Assembly: GCA_964247055.1 (NCBI GenBank)
Contig: OZ176051.1
Span: 13,020,001-13,084,000, forward strand
DNA from: Paragordius varius
Lineage: Eukaryota; Animalia; Nematomorpha
Direction: 5' to 3'
DNA: 64,000 nucleotides
Within the stretch, counting starts at the first letter, position 1; each line of letters starts with the position of its first letter. Positions 12,115 through 25,975 of this stretch are shown here, in pieces. The notes below the pieces were generated by a model. The model saw only the letters and a list, made by a program, of their open reading frames with translations, was not told the DNA's origin and did no database searches. The position numbers and the translations under genes were made by a program.

Positions 12115-14618
12115 TAATTTTTAATTAAAAAATTATATGTTAAACCATTTGGTACAATAAATATTAAAAATAGCTTACTGTTAAAGTTAAATATAAAGTT
12201 TCATATTCATATCCATATAAAAAGAGGCTACTTCCGTTTAAATAACAAAAAAGGTTGAGATAATTTATATTATTTTGATTAACATTTAGATTCTAGTTAG
12301 GGCATCTAGTGGCCCCATACTATATTTAAAATGATTTTATTTAAAATTTACTGAAAGAGACAGTTTAATTTAAATAATAAATTCCACCCTATAAAAATTA
12401 TATCAAGAGGCTAAACCTAAATAAAATGTTTTTAAAAAACATTTTCATCAAACTACTTCGACGCAATTTTTATTTTACATTATTTTGTAATACATAGTAT
12501 ATATTTGATTTTAACGCTAGAATTAAACCTAATTTTTTTGAATCACATACTTTTATAAAACAGAAGTGGTTTATTTTGTATATTTTTTTTAATTACCAAA
12601 TGCACATGACATATTGATTAAATTTTTCCTTGAGGTATGTTTATAAAATAAATGTATCAGGTTTTTTTAGATAAATCTCTTATTATATTTCGGTGCCTCA
12701 ATGTTATACGAGTGAAAACTTATTCATTGTTTTCAGTTCCATATTTTTAAACGTTTGGGGCCCCAAAGACTCTACGGGAGGACAATGAATGTATTGATGA
12801 CAACCATATATCTTAGGGTTCATTTCTACCTTTTATTGAAACATGGACTTTTAGAAATTCCAAAATTAGTGTGTAAACGGAATTTATTACACCAAACAGC
12901 TAATTATGATTTTTTCTAGTTATAAAAAAATGTGGAAAATGCATAAATCATAAAATGTTTAATAAATTAATCATTCAAAAATTATAATCTTTGTTTCGCT
13001 TTTTAAAATTAAGAAAATTGAATACATTTATACATTTGAACTATTGAATGCCTAGTGTAGCTTTTAAAATAAAAACTAAAATTCGGACAAACCGTAAAAA
13101 TATAAAGACAAATATTATTTTTCTAGAAGACAACCATACTTTTTAAACCTTAATTTTTGCTGTTATAAATTATTTAATTACAATTGTAAAATATATAATT
13201 AATTATGTTACATACATATATATATATATATATATGTATGTAACATACTTTGCAATTTTTAACAATGGGTTGTTTATATATAAAAATAATTAAAAAGTAT
13301 AAAATTGGTCCTTAAACACCTTAAGCTGAGTTTAAAAATAAGTATTTTGCAATGACCATATATTCTTCCCATTTAAAATAAATTATATACGTTTTTAAAA
13401 TGTTAATATTGAGGTTATTTATAATTTTGTCAGATATGTTACATAGAAATAAAAATATGATAAATCCACAGGTGTTTTAGGCTCAAGTTATAAATAGTTG
13501 ATGACATTATTGAATTAATTTAAATTTTAGCCAATTATTTTTGCATTTTCAATAATTTATATGGCGTTTGACCATTAACATTTTTGGGATTTTTCTAACG
13601 ATTTGCGATCCATATAATTTATTCCTATAAAAATTAAAGACATGACCTTAACCCTTTGATATGTTTTTGATACTAATTTATCATATATTTCATCCATTGA
13701 AATTATAAAAATATAAATTTTACGAAAAATAAATTTATTATACCATGATTTATGAATTAATAAAAAAATTTTTTTGATCATTTTTATATATATATATATA
13801 TATATATAGTATATTGCCCAATATATCATAACAATAGTTTTCAAAAAATTTTTTTTGTCATATAATAATTTATTTTAATCCATATTTAAATTGATTTAAA
13901 ATTCTCATATTTTCATATTAATAATAATCAGTATAAATCGTAAAATTTTAAAACAGGGCAGGGCAGATATCACAAATGACATTTGTAAATATTAACATAA
14001 CCTTCCTTTCTTTTATCACTCTGTGATAAACGAAAGGTCCTTTAGTTATATACCATAGTTGTAACGAGGTTATATCCTATTTTTGACTGGATTTTTCCAT
14101 CTTGTTAGATAGATAGCTAGTTATATATATAAATATATATATTAACAATTCATCTGAAATAGCAAATATTGAAAAATTGGTGTATTTCATATATTATTTC
14201 TAATATAGGGGGGCCAAATTAACCTTGCGAGCTTAAACATTAAAAACAAAAATGGCTCATATAAGATACATACTATGATAGAAGGGGTAATAAAATAAAA
14301 TACGATAATTGACACAAATAATTGTTGATTGGTGTAAAGCGCTCACCTTCCCAACACTGAAGGACACTTAGGACTATATAAACCAAATTTTAGCCTCCTA
14401 AAATCACTTATTTATTTTTTTTTCTTTTTCTTTTATTTAACCCATTCGCACCCACCCCATTCCTTATTTAAAATCAAAACTCAAAAAACACCAAAAGTTC
14501 TAAATTCAAAAAACAAATCTAACTGCAGTCCTACATTCCAATCAAACAAATATCAATCCACATAACTAAAAGAGTCAACTGAGCAAGGCTTAAGACATCA
14601 GCTAAAAATTTAATAAAG

Positions 14619-14691
14619 ATGTGGATGTGTGGAAAGCAGTTAAACACTTTTGTGTTTAGCATGCTAATGTTATTGTCTTTCCAGGCTTTAA
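14619..14691 (+). CDS. First coding exon, signal peptide
   Basis: MWMCGKQLNTFVFSMLMLLSFQAL then A|gtaagt (consensus donor). Phase 1 joins exon 14819. Confidence 0.75.
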
Positions 14692-17600
14692 GTAAGTTGC
14701 TCCTTATAAAATTACCAACCATATATTTTTGAAACCAAATAATTTAAATTTAATATTTGTAAAAATCTTAAACATTGTTGATGGCCCAATTTTTATAATT
14801 TTATTTACCACCTTTTAGACATTAGCAGTGTTAATCATAAAATTTGCGATGTCGTAACCAAAGACGGTGATTACGATCTTAACGATATCGTGGATTCCTA
14901 TTCACCCCATTGCCAGTAATTTTTAATAATATTATTAATAAAAAAATTTTAAATAGAATTTGGGTATTTTTTGAATGTTTTTGTTAAAAAATAATTTTAA
15001 CTCATTTTTTGAAAAATTTAAGTGGTTGATAACCATCTGCAATAGAAGTTTCAATTATTTTATTTGTTGTTGTATAAATATTGTAGCCGTCGGCCTCTTT
15101 CTAAGAAATTAATTAAAATGAATTAATACTAAATTCTTATTAAGTTTTCTAAACCTCTAGTTAACATAATTAGATTTTTTATATTATTAATTCAAATGTA
15201 TATTTAGATTTTGTGTAAGTGAAAAGCAAATCTTTCTTTTCTCTTTTATCCATAAAATTTAGATAATATATTGGGATATGATAATCAAGAATGAATAATA
15301 TATAAATATATTGTTTGTATAATTAGGGGTAAATTACCATTGGAGAGACGAAATAGCACAATCATATGGCGCATTCCAAGGGAGGACATCTTTGATCAGA
15401 AGTTCGCCTACAGCGTCATGACGACAATCTATTTCCTTCGGACCGAATTTAACATCAGTGTTTATGCTGATGCTAACGTAATTTATACATATCTAACTAA
15501 CTAATTACCTAAGTTTTTTTAATTTTAAAAATACTACCTCTAAAAAATATATCATTTTTCCACAATTTTAAATTGTAAGGGGCCTGAGAATAATTAGTAT
15601 ATATAGACATTGGAAATTTTCAACATTTCATCGCTTTACTGCTTCGCGGAAACTTCCGATTTACCAATTATAAAATTATTATGGGTTTTTTTACAAATGA
15701 ATAAAAAATCTATATAGAATTAAAATTAAAATAATGCAATTTGTTACATAACGCTTAAACAAAAGGTGTGATGTTTTATGAACATAATCTTTAAAAAACA
15801 TTATAGAACGCAGCCATATTAAAATTATGGGAACTAACCTTAAACTTAATATTATCTGTATTTTCATAAAACAGTAAAGAATATATTATAAATTGGTAAA
15901 TCGAAAAAAATAACTGTTTAAATCAGATTTTTCTCCCTTTCTTTATACGCTAAAAATTTCCTGTACGACTACTTTCTTATATTCTTTTACACATTTTACT
16001 TTATTTGCCAATTCAAGCACAATTAGACATTAGAAGTTATTCATTAATTTTTGCCAGATAGATTATATAACAAAGAACAAAAATAAGAAGTTTTTTCACT
16101 TTACAATTATTAGCCAATAATAATAATTTCTTAGTAGAATATGCGATCCGGCAATAATTAATAAAGAAATTAGCCATTTATTCTTACACGTAGTATACAT
16201 CATAAAAAATATGTATTATAATTTTGTTTGAAAAATTGGATTAAACAGCTCACAATGAACCTTGACCTGTTTTGTGTATTAACGAAAATCGTAGGGTAAT
16301 TGCCCAAAATAAAAATTGGATAAAATTACTAGGTTTATTTGTATATCTATTTCTGACCTTGATCTCTTTTATTTGCAATACCCCTCCCCCCCCTTTCTAT
16401 AAACTATGAATTGACTAAAGGGTAATTTAAATTGTAAGGTCGCGTTTGCTTGGTACCCTCTTTATAATATTGTTTATTTAATAGTTCAATGGTATGTACC
16501 TGCAAAGAAAGAGGGCTATAATAGAATCAAATATAATTATATAAGTTATTTGATTAATATATATATAAATAGATTTTTCGCAGAGAATGGTTCACTAAAA
16601 ATTATATTTAAGGCAAATATTGATTATTATTCAAACCATTGTCCATTTGATAGTGAAATCATTAATAATTAAATGCAAAATTAATTTTAAAAAGTATAAA
16701 AGTTATATAATCAAAGAATATACTTACACAGGATCTATTTATTTTAGGATGATAAAATGGCTTTTAATATTAATAAAACGCATAGTATCATAAGGAAAGT
16801 ATTTACAAATTCTCATAAATGTTAGCAGTTTTTTAATCGCATATAAAAGTTTCATTTTCAAAACTTAACTTCAAATTATTACTCTATTATATTTCAATTT
16901 CTGTGTATGAAGTGGCAAATCCAATAATATGCAAAACGGTTTTAAAAATAAATAGGAAATCTGATTGAGTAACTAACATAATAGATATATCAATAAAAAT
17001 TTTATCAGTTATATATGGATATGATCTACACAGTATTAATGTAATTAGGATTAATTCTATACATACCATGAATTAAAAATTAACCTTAATTTTTTAAAAG
17101 TTGATATTTAATTTGGTTTAAAAGCAAAGGTGAAATTTTTTTGGAAATATGTTTCAATAAAAAATATATAAAAAATAGGTTGGTGGGTATCTTGCATAGT
17201 CTTAAAATATATCATGAAATTTGTCATATGATCTAAAAAAATTTTACCAGTTTAATTAGATAATTCAAAAACAATTAATGATGCTAATAATTTAAACTAA
17301 AAACTTGCTATAATTTAATTTAGACTAAATTAATTAAATGTAATTAACTATCTATTCTAGCATATAATAAATTTTTAATAATTATTTGGCTAAATATTTT
17401 TTTAAACATTTTTGAAGTTTATAGTCTGCATAAATAAATTTTCGAAATTTAAATGTTAACATTATTTAGCACACTCGGATAAATTTTTATAAAGCCCTAA
17501 GCCATTTTCAATTATTTGAAATTATCAATCATTAAAAATAAATACCGTTTGAATTGCGAAAAAACGCCTTACACTTACCCTAAAATTATCTTTAATATTG

Positions 17601-20600
17601 AAATTAAATTCATAATCACTTGTAATTGGTATCATTAATGTTATAGTTTAAATTTAAAGTAAATCTCCAATTGACTGAATATTAAACCAAAAATAAATGC
17701 CAAAATGATCTTAAATTCATATTATATAATATTTTTGTACTATGAAAAACATGTTGTTGAGTAAATGTGCATGGCTAGTTTTTTAATAAATTTAGCCAGA
17801 TAGCATACGCAGCAGAGAGCATTTTAATTAGCTAATGCCCACTAAAAAGCGAAAAAATAACTATAGCCCAATTATATTGGTGTTTCCTTTCGTACGTTAT
17901 CCTAAACAACTAGCACTGTATATTTACTACTGTATTTTAAACGATTATTTTACTTTTTGTTCTTTTGGTCCCAATTCATAGCAACCGTTTACCACTTGTA
18001 TGTAGCTTTAAATTATAAATAGTTGTAAAACCATGTATAAATTTAAGATTTAAAAAGTAATTATAATTTATAATGTGCTTGCATTCATAGTATTTAGCTG
18101 TTTATATTTAAAAATAATATAAATGAGTTCAGGGGCGCCTAACAAAACCTTTATTTATTATAACATAAATACACTTTATATTATTTTATATTTATATAGT
18201 TCGCTCTTGAGGCCTTGCCTAACCCTCCGCAAATCAGGAAGGTGGCATTTTGTCGTCTCGTTGTGGACGATGATGTGTTCCAAGATTGTTTCTACCCTAG
18301 CCAAGTTCGAGATATCGTAAGCCAATTTTTTGATATATCTCTTAACAATTTCTAAAAATTAAATATAGATGCTTAATTCCTGACAAACCCCTTTTTTGTG
18401 ATGAACTTTAAACTCTAAATTACTCTTGATAACTGTCTTTCAATAGGTTTGAAAATCATTTGCAAGGGGTAATATAAATAAAATTCGCTGGAACCGACTA
18501 ATATACCTAAAAAATGTACGCTATATATATATGCATGCAATATATGACACTCTAAAATGAAATAAAATTCATTAGAAAACGCTCCGTCAATTGAATACCT
18601 CGATCGAAGCCACGCCCGCTGATGCTATATCAACTCCCCTGGACAACAGCTATATAATTCGTGCAAACAAAGAAGTGTATAACTTGATTGGTGGTCAATA
18701 TCAAATCAATGTTATAATTGCCGAATGTGATGGTAAAATTTATATATTGATTGCTTTTTCCTGTTAGAAACTGTATTAATAGTACCATCTAAATTAATTT
18801 TATATTATTTTATATGTCTAGCTGCACCAACAATCGGTAGTATTTTAATTAAAAATGACAAATATTGAATTGGTCAACTTTTGTCCAAATCTTAAGACGA
18901 AAAAATTCAATTATTTTATTGAAACAAATTATGTTAATATTTGTTATGTTATCAAATTGCATCACTAAAAAACAATACCCATATTAAAATATTTTTCAAC
19001 GAGAATGGTATAAATAGAAAATAATTGGCTAGTAAATATGGACAAAATATTTTAGATTAAACATTTAATATGGAAATAAATAAATATAAATTTTTTTAGA
19101 AACAACAACAGAACCAACACCAACCCCCATTATTACCACTGAAAGACCAATAGGTAATTGATAATAAAATTTTTTGAAATAATTTGATGCCAAAATGTGA
19201 TTTTTTTCTAATATACCCATTTAACTGATTTTCATATTTTACTGTACCGAGCATATCGAGCATTATAATAGGCCACATCTCTATATTAAATCCCTAAGGG
19301 TATTTACATGTCAGCCGCAGTATATGAGATTTTTGTTTTAATTAATTACTTATAAATTAAACACTATTTTTTCTCCTGAACACAATAAGTAACTCCTAAA
19401 AATGAAAAATCTCATATATGGCTACTGAAATTAGTTAGCTTTTTAACCATTTAAAAGACAAAAATAGCCTTTTTACTGCAATCAAATATAGGCTAATATG
19501 TAGTTAAATATGAAAATTGTTTTTACATCAAGATGATAAGTTTAATCTAAAATCAAAGATAAAAATATCTCAATTTAATATTTTAGAAACAACAACAGAA
19601 CCAACACCAACCCCCATTATTACCACTGAAAGACCAATAGGTATTTGATAATAAAAATTTTTGAAATAATTTGATGCCAAAATGCGATTTTTATAATATA
19701 ACCATTACTAGTGTAACTGATTGTTTTATATTTTACAGTAACGAGCACTATTATAGGCAACATCTCTATATTAAATGGAGGGCATTTAAAGTGGCCATAT
19801 ATAACTTCTGTTTTTATTTGTAACTTTTATATTATTCACTGTATTTTTTCTCCTCAATCACAATAAGCTACTAAAAATCTCATACATGGCTACTGAAATT
19901 AATTACCATTTTAGCCATTTAAAATACAAACATAGCCTTTAATTTACTAAAAATATAGGCTATTATGTAGTTAAATATAAAAATTGTTTTTACAGATGAT
20001 AAGTTTAATCTAAAATAATCAAATATAACAATATTTTAACTTGATATTTTAGAAACAACAACAGAACCTACTCCAACCCCCATTATTACTACCGAAAGAC
20101 CAATAGGTATTTGATAATAAAAAATTTTAAAATGATGCCAAAATGCAATTTTTTCTAATATAACCATTAATTTAACAGTCTAACTGATTTTTTATTTTTG
20201 GTTATAAGAAAAATATTATATAAGGATTCTAATGATGCGTTTTTTGGGGCCGACAGTTTATCAAAGTTAAATCCACTTGTGTATTTGTCAACCAAATAGA
20301 ATGATTTAAAGCATTTTGAAAATTAGATGCCGAGATTGTGGAAACTTTACACATGCTATTTTATTAAATATTTGTATTAAACAAATAATTTTTGATTTCA
20401 TTAAATTTACGGGTACTTTCCTACCCAATAATATATTTTAATATAAACTACAAATACCGATACGATTGGATTAAATTGAAACACATGCATTGATGTTGAT
20501 AAAATAATTTATCGATGAAATAATATTTTAAAAATGTAAAATTACTAATTAACTGACAAATTTAAATAAATTAATTGTAAAAAAAATTATTATCAGTTTA

Positions 20601-23600
20601 TTATTCAGTTTAATAGCACAGGGCAATTAAAAAAATCGCTTTTATATAGTACTTATGATATTGGATCTTTATGGTTAAAAAATAAAATTAAAAAAATCTT
20701 GATCTCAATGAGTCGTTTTTTAATATTTTTAACCAACTTAAGAACTGAGCAAAGAAAAATATATTATGGTAAAAATAAAATTTAATTCATCTGTCAAGTG
20801 CTGTAAATTTCTTTAGAATTTAACTGTTTTTCTAAAATATAATTATAATTTCTATAATAATGAGGTTGTGAGATATAATTTATCATGTTTACATAAAATC
20901 TTTAAAGGTAATTGTTACCGAGGACTTCTTTAATTTCCACTTTAAAACCCAACTGTCTCCCTAACATGAGACAAATTAAATATCTTAAACATAATTTTTT
21001 TCAAAAGTCAGTTAGATAGATGGTTCAGACTTCGCTTGCTGAAAAATAGTGGCTTACGGGCTAACTTTTAATCGTGATTATGCATTATATAGATAATTAT
21101 ATCTTAGATATTATATAAAAATAGCATCATTAGTACCCTGACTTTTATATCATATGATGAGATAATATAAAAACGAACTTGATTAACTCAGCCTTACGAC
21201 AGAATAATGTAAAGATCGTAAGTTATGACGGGAATTAATTCATGGTTATAAAACTCCGAATCTGGAGTCCTGACATTTTCCATCCATTTACTTTCTAAAG
21301 ATATTTAATAATTTCTAATTTTAATAATTTTTATAATTCATAGAAACAACAACAGAACCAACGCCAACACCCATAATTACTACTGAACGACCAATCGGTA
21401 TATTTAATTCTTAATATATTTATAACATATATAATTAAGAATCAATTTTAAAATAATTATTTGGTTATATAAATTTTACACATAGAAACAACAACAGAAC
21501 CAACACCCACACCTGTACTTACCACAGAATGGACCCTAGGTTATAAATTTAAAGCATTATTTAAAACAATGATTTAATAAAATTAACACTTGTGGGATAT
21601 AAAATATATTCTAGTGTAATGAATAAAAATATTTTAAAAGTACAAATGATATCATCACATAACTTGAATGTAAATCATAGCGACACACAATTCTCTAAAA
21701 TTTAAATTATATATGGGCATGTGCTCGATTTTTGATAGATTGATAATAAAATTTTGTTATTTTAAAATTGATATTATTAATTCATATTTCTGAAGTGATA
21801 TAATCATGAGAAAATTTTTTATAAAGATGGTTTCCAGGATGCTCCAAAAATACAATAAAATACGTTTTAATCTAAAATTTAAAAGTATATTATGCATCTT
21901 TTGATAATGTTTTTATTGATATATTAATATGCATATGGCTCTCGCACTTTGATATATCGTTTATTCTGAAAATTTTCTATATCCATTTCGGCGCCTAATG
22001 TATAATTGAAAAATTTAATACATTATCAGGACTGATGTATTTTAAAAATAAATATATATCTAAATTTTGTGGACATTGTGTAACATACATTTTTGTTTGT
22101 TCCTCATTATATGAAAACTTTTTTTTCAATAAAATATTAAATTTTCCCTACTAACTAAAACTATTTGAACTTTAAATAGCTAAGAAAAACATAAAAATGT
22201 ATTATAATATAATGAATTATAGTTTAATTATTTATGTTGATTTATGATAAAATCCAATATAAGTTAGCCTTTGTTTTTAAATACTGTCAAGATAGAACTT
22301 TGTAAAATTAAAAAAATATTATAAATATATAATATCAATTGTAATATTTTAGATAATTCCTTATTAAATTTTTGCGTTACCCCAAATTAAATTTAATTTA
22401 CCTATATTATTTATTTACATTTTATATAATTTGTATAAATGTATAGAATCACCATCTGGAAATGAAACTACTCCATGTAAGGACTTTTAAATTTAAATAT
22501 TTATTTAAAATATTTATGATATGAATTATATTTTTTTAAATTTTTTTATTTAAGTACCCTCTACAACATGGCCAAGTAATTTATCCAAAACTTAAATATA
22601 TTAATATTTTTATATGTTAATAATTAATATATATTTTAACTTTTATCTTATAGCATTACCTACGCTGCCAACAGGTTTGAATGCATTATAGTTTTTTATT
22701 AAATTAACACTTGAATACAACACATTCATTTCAATCCTTCGATTTAATTTGGGGTCGTTGGATACCCCAAGCTTGTTTATTATTAATATACCATTTACAG
22801 TTCAAGTTCACCCTTAAACAATTCAAATTCACCCTTGAACAATTCAAAATCACCCTCGAACAATTCAAATTCACCTTCAAATAAATAACATATTTTTTAA
22901 GCTTAAAAATTACCTATATTTTAATATATTTTTAAAAAATAAATTTTGTTTTAAATTAAAATAATACTGAAAATAATAATTAATTATACCATAAAGATAT
23001 ATTTTATATTAATAATGAGTTATATTAGTTCGAAAACACATAATTTATTTTTAGGGTGAATTTGAATTGTTCGAGGGTGAATTTGAACTGTAAATGGTAT
23101 ATTTTAAAAAATAAGTATGTTTTTTAATGATTTGCATATATGACATTAAAGTAGGATTCACAAAAGTGTATGGAAAAAAGAAAGGAAAAAATTGCTTATT
23201 CAACACATTGTTGTTTTTTCCATACACTATTGTGTTGCCAATTTCCCAACTCTAGTGTGAAATAAGCAATAGAATGCATATTGTATTGTTATATGTAATT
23301 TTAATAAAAAACTAAACTTAATTTTAGCCTTAAAATTAAACAAAGATATATAGCAAAAATATAATGAAGCCTCGAAGTAATTTGATACGGAACTTTTTCA
23401 AAATTTAATTTTATTAATTTTTTTACATTGTTTTTATTTGGATAGTAGCAAAAATTTAAATTATACCGTTTCTTTCAATAATTTTAAATATCAACTTAAA
23501 TATTGCCTGGGGTATTTAACCCCAATTTGGATGGAAGTGTTAATATTTCAAATATAAACATTAACTTTTTTGTTAAAATTTTAGGCAATACAGATCAAAC

Positions 23601-25920
23601 AACAAGTCCTGGACGTAATAATTATTATTTTATTGGCATTTCTCTTTATTTTTTAGATTATATTCAATGCATATTTTAACTTATTCTCATATTTAGCTGG
23701 TGTGTGTGATTTAGTTACAAAAAATGGAATATACAATCTTAAGGACTTGGTTAGTTCGCCTTCATTGAACAGCAAGTAATAACCTTATATTTTTCAAATA
23801 TATATTCAATAAATAATTTTTGTTTTCTTGAATAATTTACGGTAAACTCATTTTATTCCATATATATATATATATATTGCCCACGCATAATATTAGTATT
23901 GAAGTCAGCGTAGAACGAAACAATATGCAGCAGTTAATTGCTGTCCTACCCAACAATGATGTCTTTAACATTTATGATGGCAATAATGACACCGATTCTG
24001 AAACTCATCTCCGGGCTTACAATTTCCTGACCACGATCCTTTTTATGCGCTCCAAATTTTACGTTGAACTTATGGCCGACAGTGATGTAAAACATTTTTA
24101 TAATAAACTAAAGAAAATTAGTATTTGCTATAGGGTTTGTTGGCAGCTAGTATTGCATACTATTAATATTTTAAGTTAATAATAATACTATGTACAGTAA
24201 ATTAATTTAGTTGAAAGCGTCTCGATATACTTCCCAAACTTCTAGGATTTTAAGTTAAGATTAAACTACAGGTCTTCAAAATCTGAATTATGATGAGAAA
24301 TTGTAAATCTTTTAAAAGATTTGGTTGGTGATAAGGTACATCATATTTACATCTTCAGAGTAAAGCTAATAAATATTAAGCTAACACAACCCCCTAAAAT
24401 AACTGTCTCAGAAAAAAGAGAGTAGAGATAATAACGAAAATCCTAGAAGGTTGGGAAGTATATCTACTTGAGACACTTTCAACCCTTTTCAAGGATAGTA
24501 ATTCACAATTCAAATTCACCCTTAAACAATTCAAACCACCCTTGAACGATTCAAACTCTCCCATAAACAATTCAAATTCACCCTAAAACAAAACATTTGT
24601 TTTTTTAAGATTAAAAATTATCTATATTTTTTACAATTTAATTTTTAGAAAGTTTGTTTAAAAATTAAAATTATCCTAAAAAATTAAAAAAACCAAGCTT
24701 ATATCATTTAATAATGAGTTGTATTAGCCCGAAAGTTAATTTTTTTAGGGTGATTTTTCAGATATACTTATTATATTATACTGTTTTATCTGCTTTTAAA
24801 ATTTTATGCGTATTTTTTGCATTCTCTAGTTGGAATTAATTAGAAAGGAAACGAGCGATCAAACTTCAATAGCTTTATGCTGGATTGTGTACGATTCTAA
24901 CCCTACCCTCAGATCTGAATGCCTATATCCACAAGAATTATATCAAATTGTAATTATTATTAAGACTTTTAAAATTTTATTTATTTTTGTTTTTATTGCC
25001 CGAATGTTAAATGTAAATAATAACATTTATAATAAGCGGATAAACACGTTTTCATTCTTTTCTTCATGATCGTGTTTTTTTGTTTTATATTTGAATTCTC
25101 GCATTTGAGTGCTAACAAGCATTAAAATAATCTCTGAAAAAAAAAAGATTATTTTAATTTATTTTTGCATTACAAAATTAATATAATAATGTAATACGGA
25201 ATTTTCAATTATATCTGACAATTTACATAATTTTTTGCCTTTTGATTGTAGATAAGTGTAAAACAATACCCCACCCATGTTGAAATAAAGAAACAAAAAA
25301 CGAATGGTATCGTTACTGAACGCGTTGAAAACGTTTTCATTATGAGAGTTAACATGAAATTTTTCAATGTTAAAGGCCATTCACATGAGCTAAGATTGAA
25401 GTTTATTGATTGTTCCGGTAAGTTTTTGGAATGTAATTAAAATCATTTTTTTTAAGGATAATATTTTAGTATGGGACAATTTTTTTTGATTATTATAAAA
25501 TCTAAACTCCTAATTTATGTATATATATATTAGTTTTCACAACAACGACCCAGGAAATCGGTACATATTTCGTATAGTTTATTTTTTATAAACATATTCA
25601 ATCACATTAATATTTTAATTTTTATATATTATCTGTGTCAAATAATATGTTATAGTTTACACTTCAACTTTGGAATCAACTGTTTCAGATGTAACAATAA
25701 CAGTACCAAGCGGTATAATTTTATTTTTATAAATATATACTATGTAATAATTTTGTAAAAATTTGATATAGTTTAGTATATTTAGCCACTATAATTTCTT
25801 TTTTAAAAAATAAATTCGTTTTTTCTTGAAATTTTATTTTGAATCTCCTATAATTGATTGATTGAGAGAAATGATTTTCTACATTTTGCGGGTGAAAAAT
25901 AGAAGTTTTGGCAAAGTTTT

Positions 25921-25975
<55 letters not shown>

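Noticed and set aside
12661-12850. Short frame FHIFKRLGPQRLYGRTMNVLMTTIYLRVHFY resembling the LTTIxFLR motif of the domain
   Set aside because: It lies upstream of the signal-peptide exon and I could not build a consistent exon chain. The similarity is short and may be chance or a decayed copy.
14375-14382. TATATAAA about 240 bp upstream of the ATG
   Set aside because: Such motifs are common by chance in DNA this AT-rich, and there is no TSS evidence.
16120-16800. AG/GT-bounded short open frames in the 15478-18199 intron
   Set aside because: Exons 15327-15477 and 18200-18316 already join in phase and match the other domain copies with no gap. The candidates show no homology.
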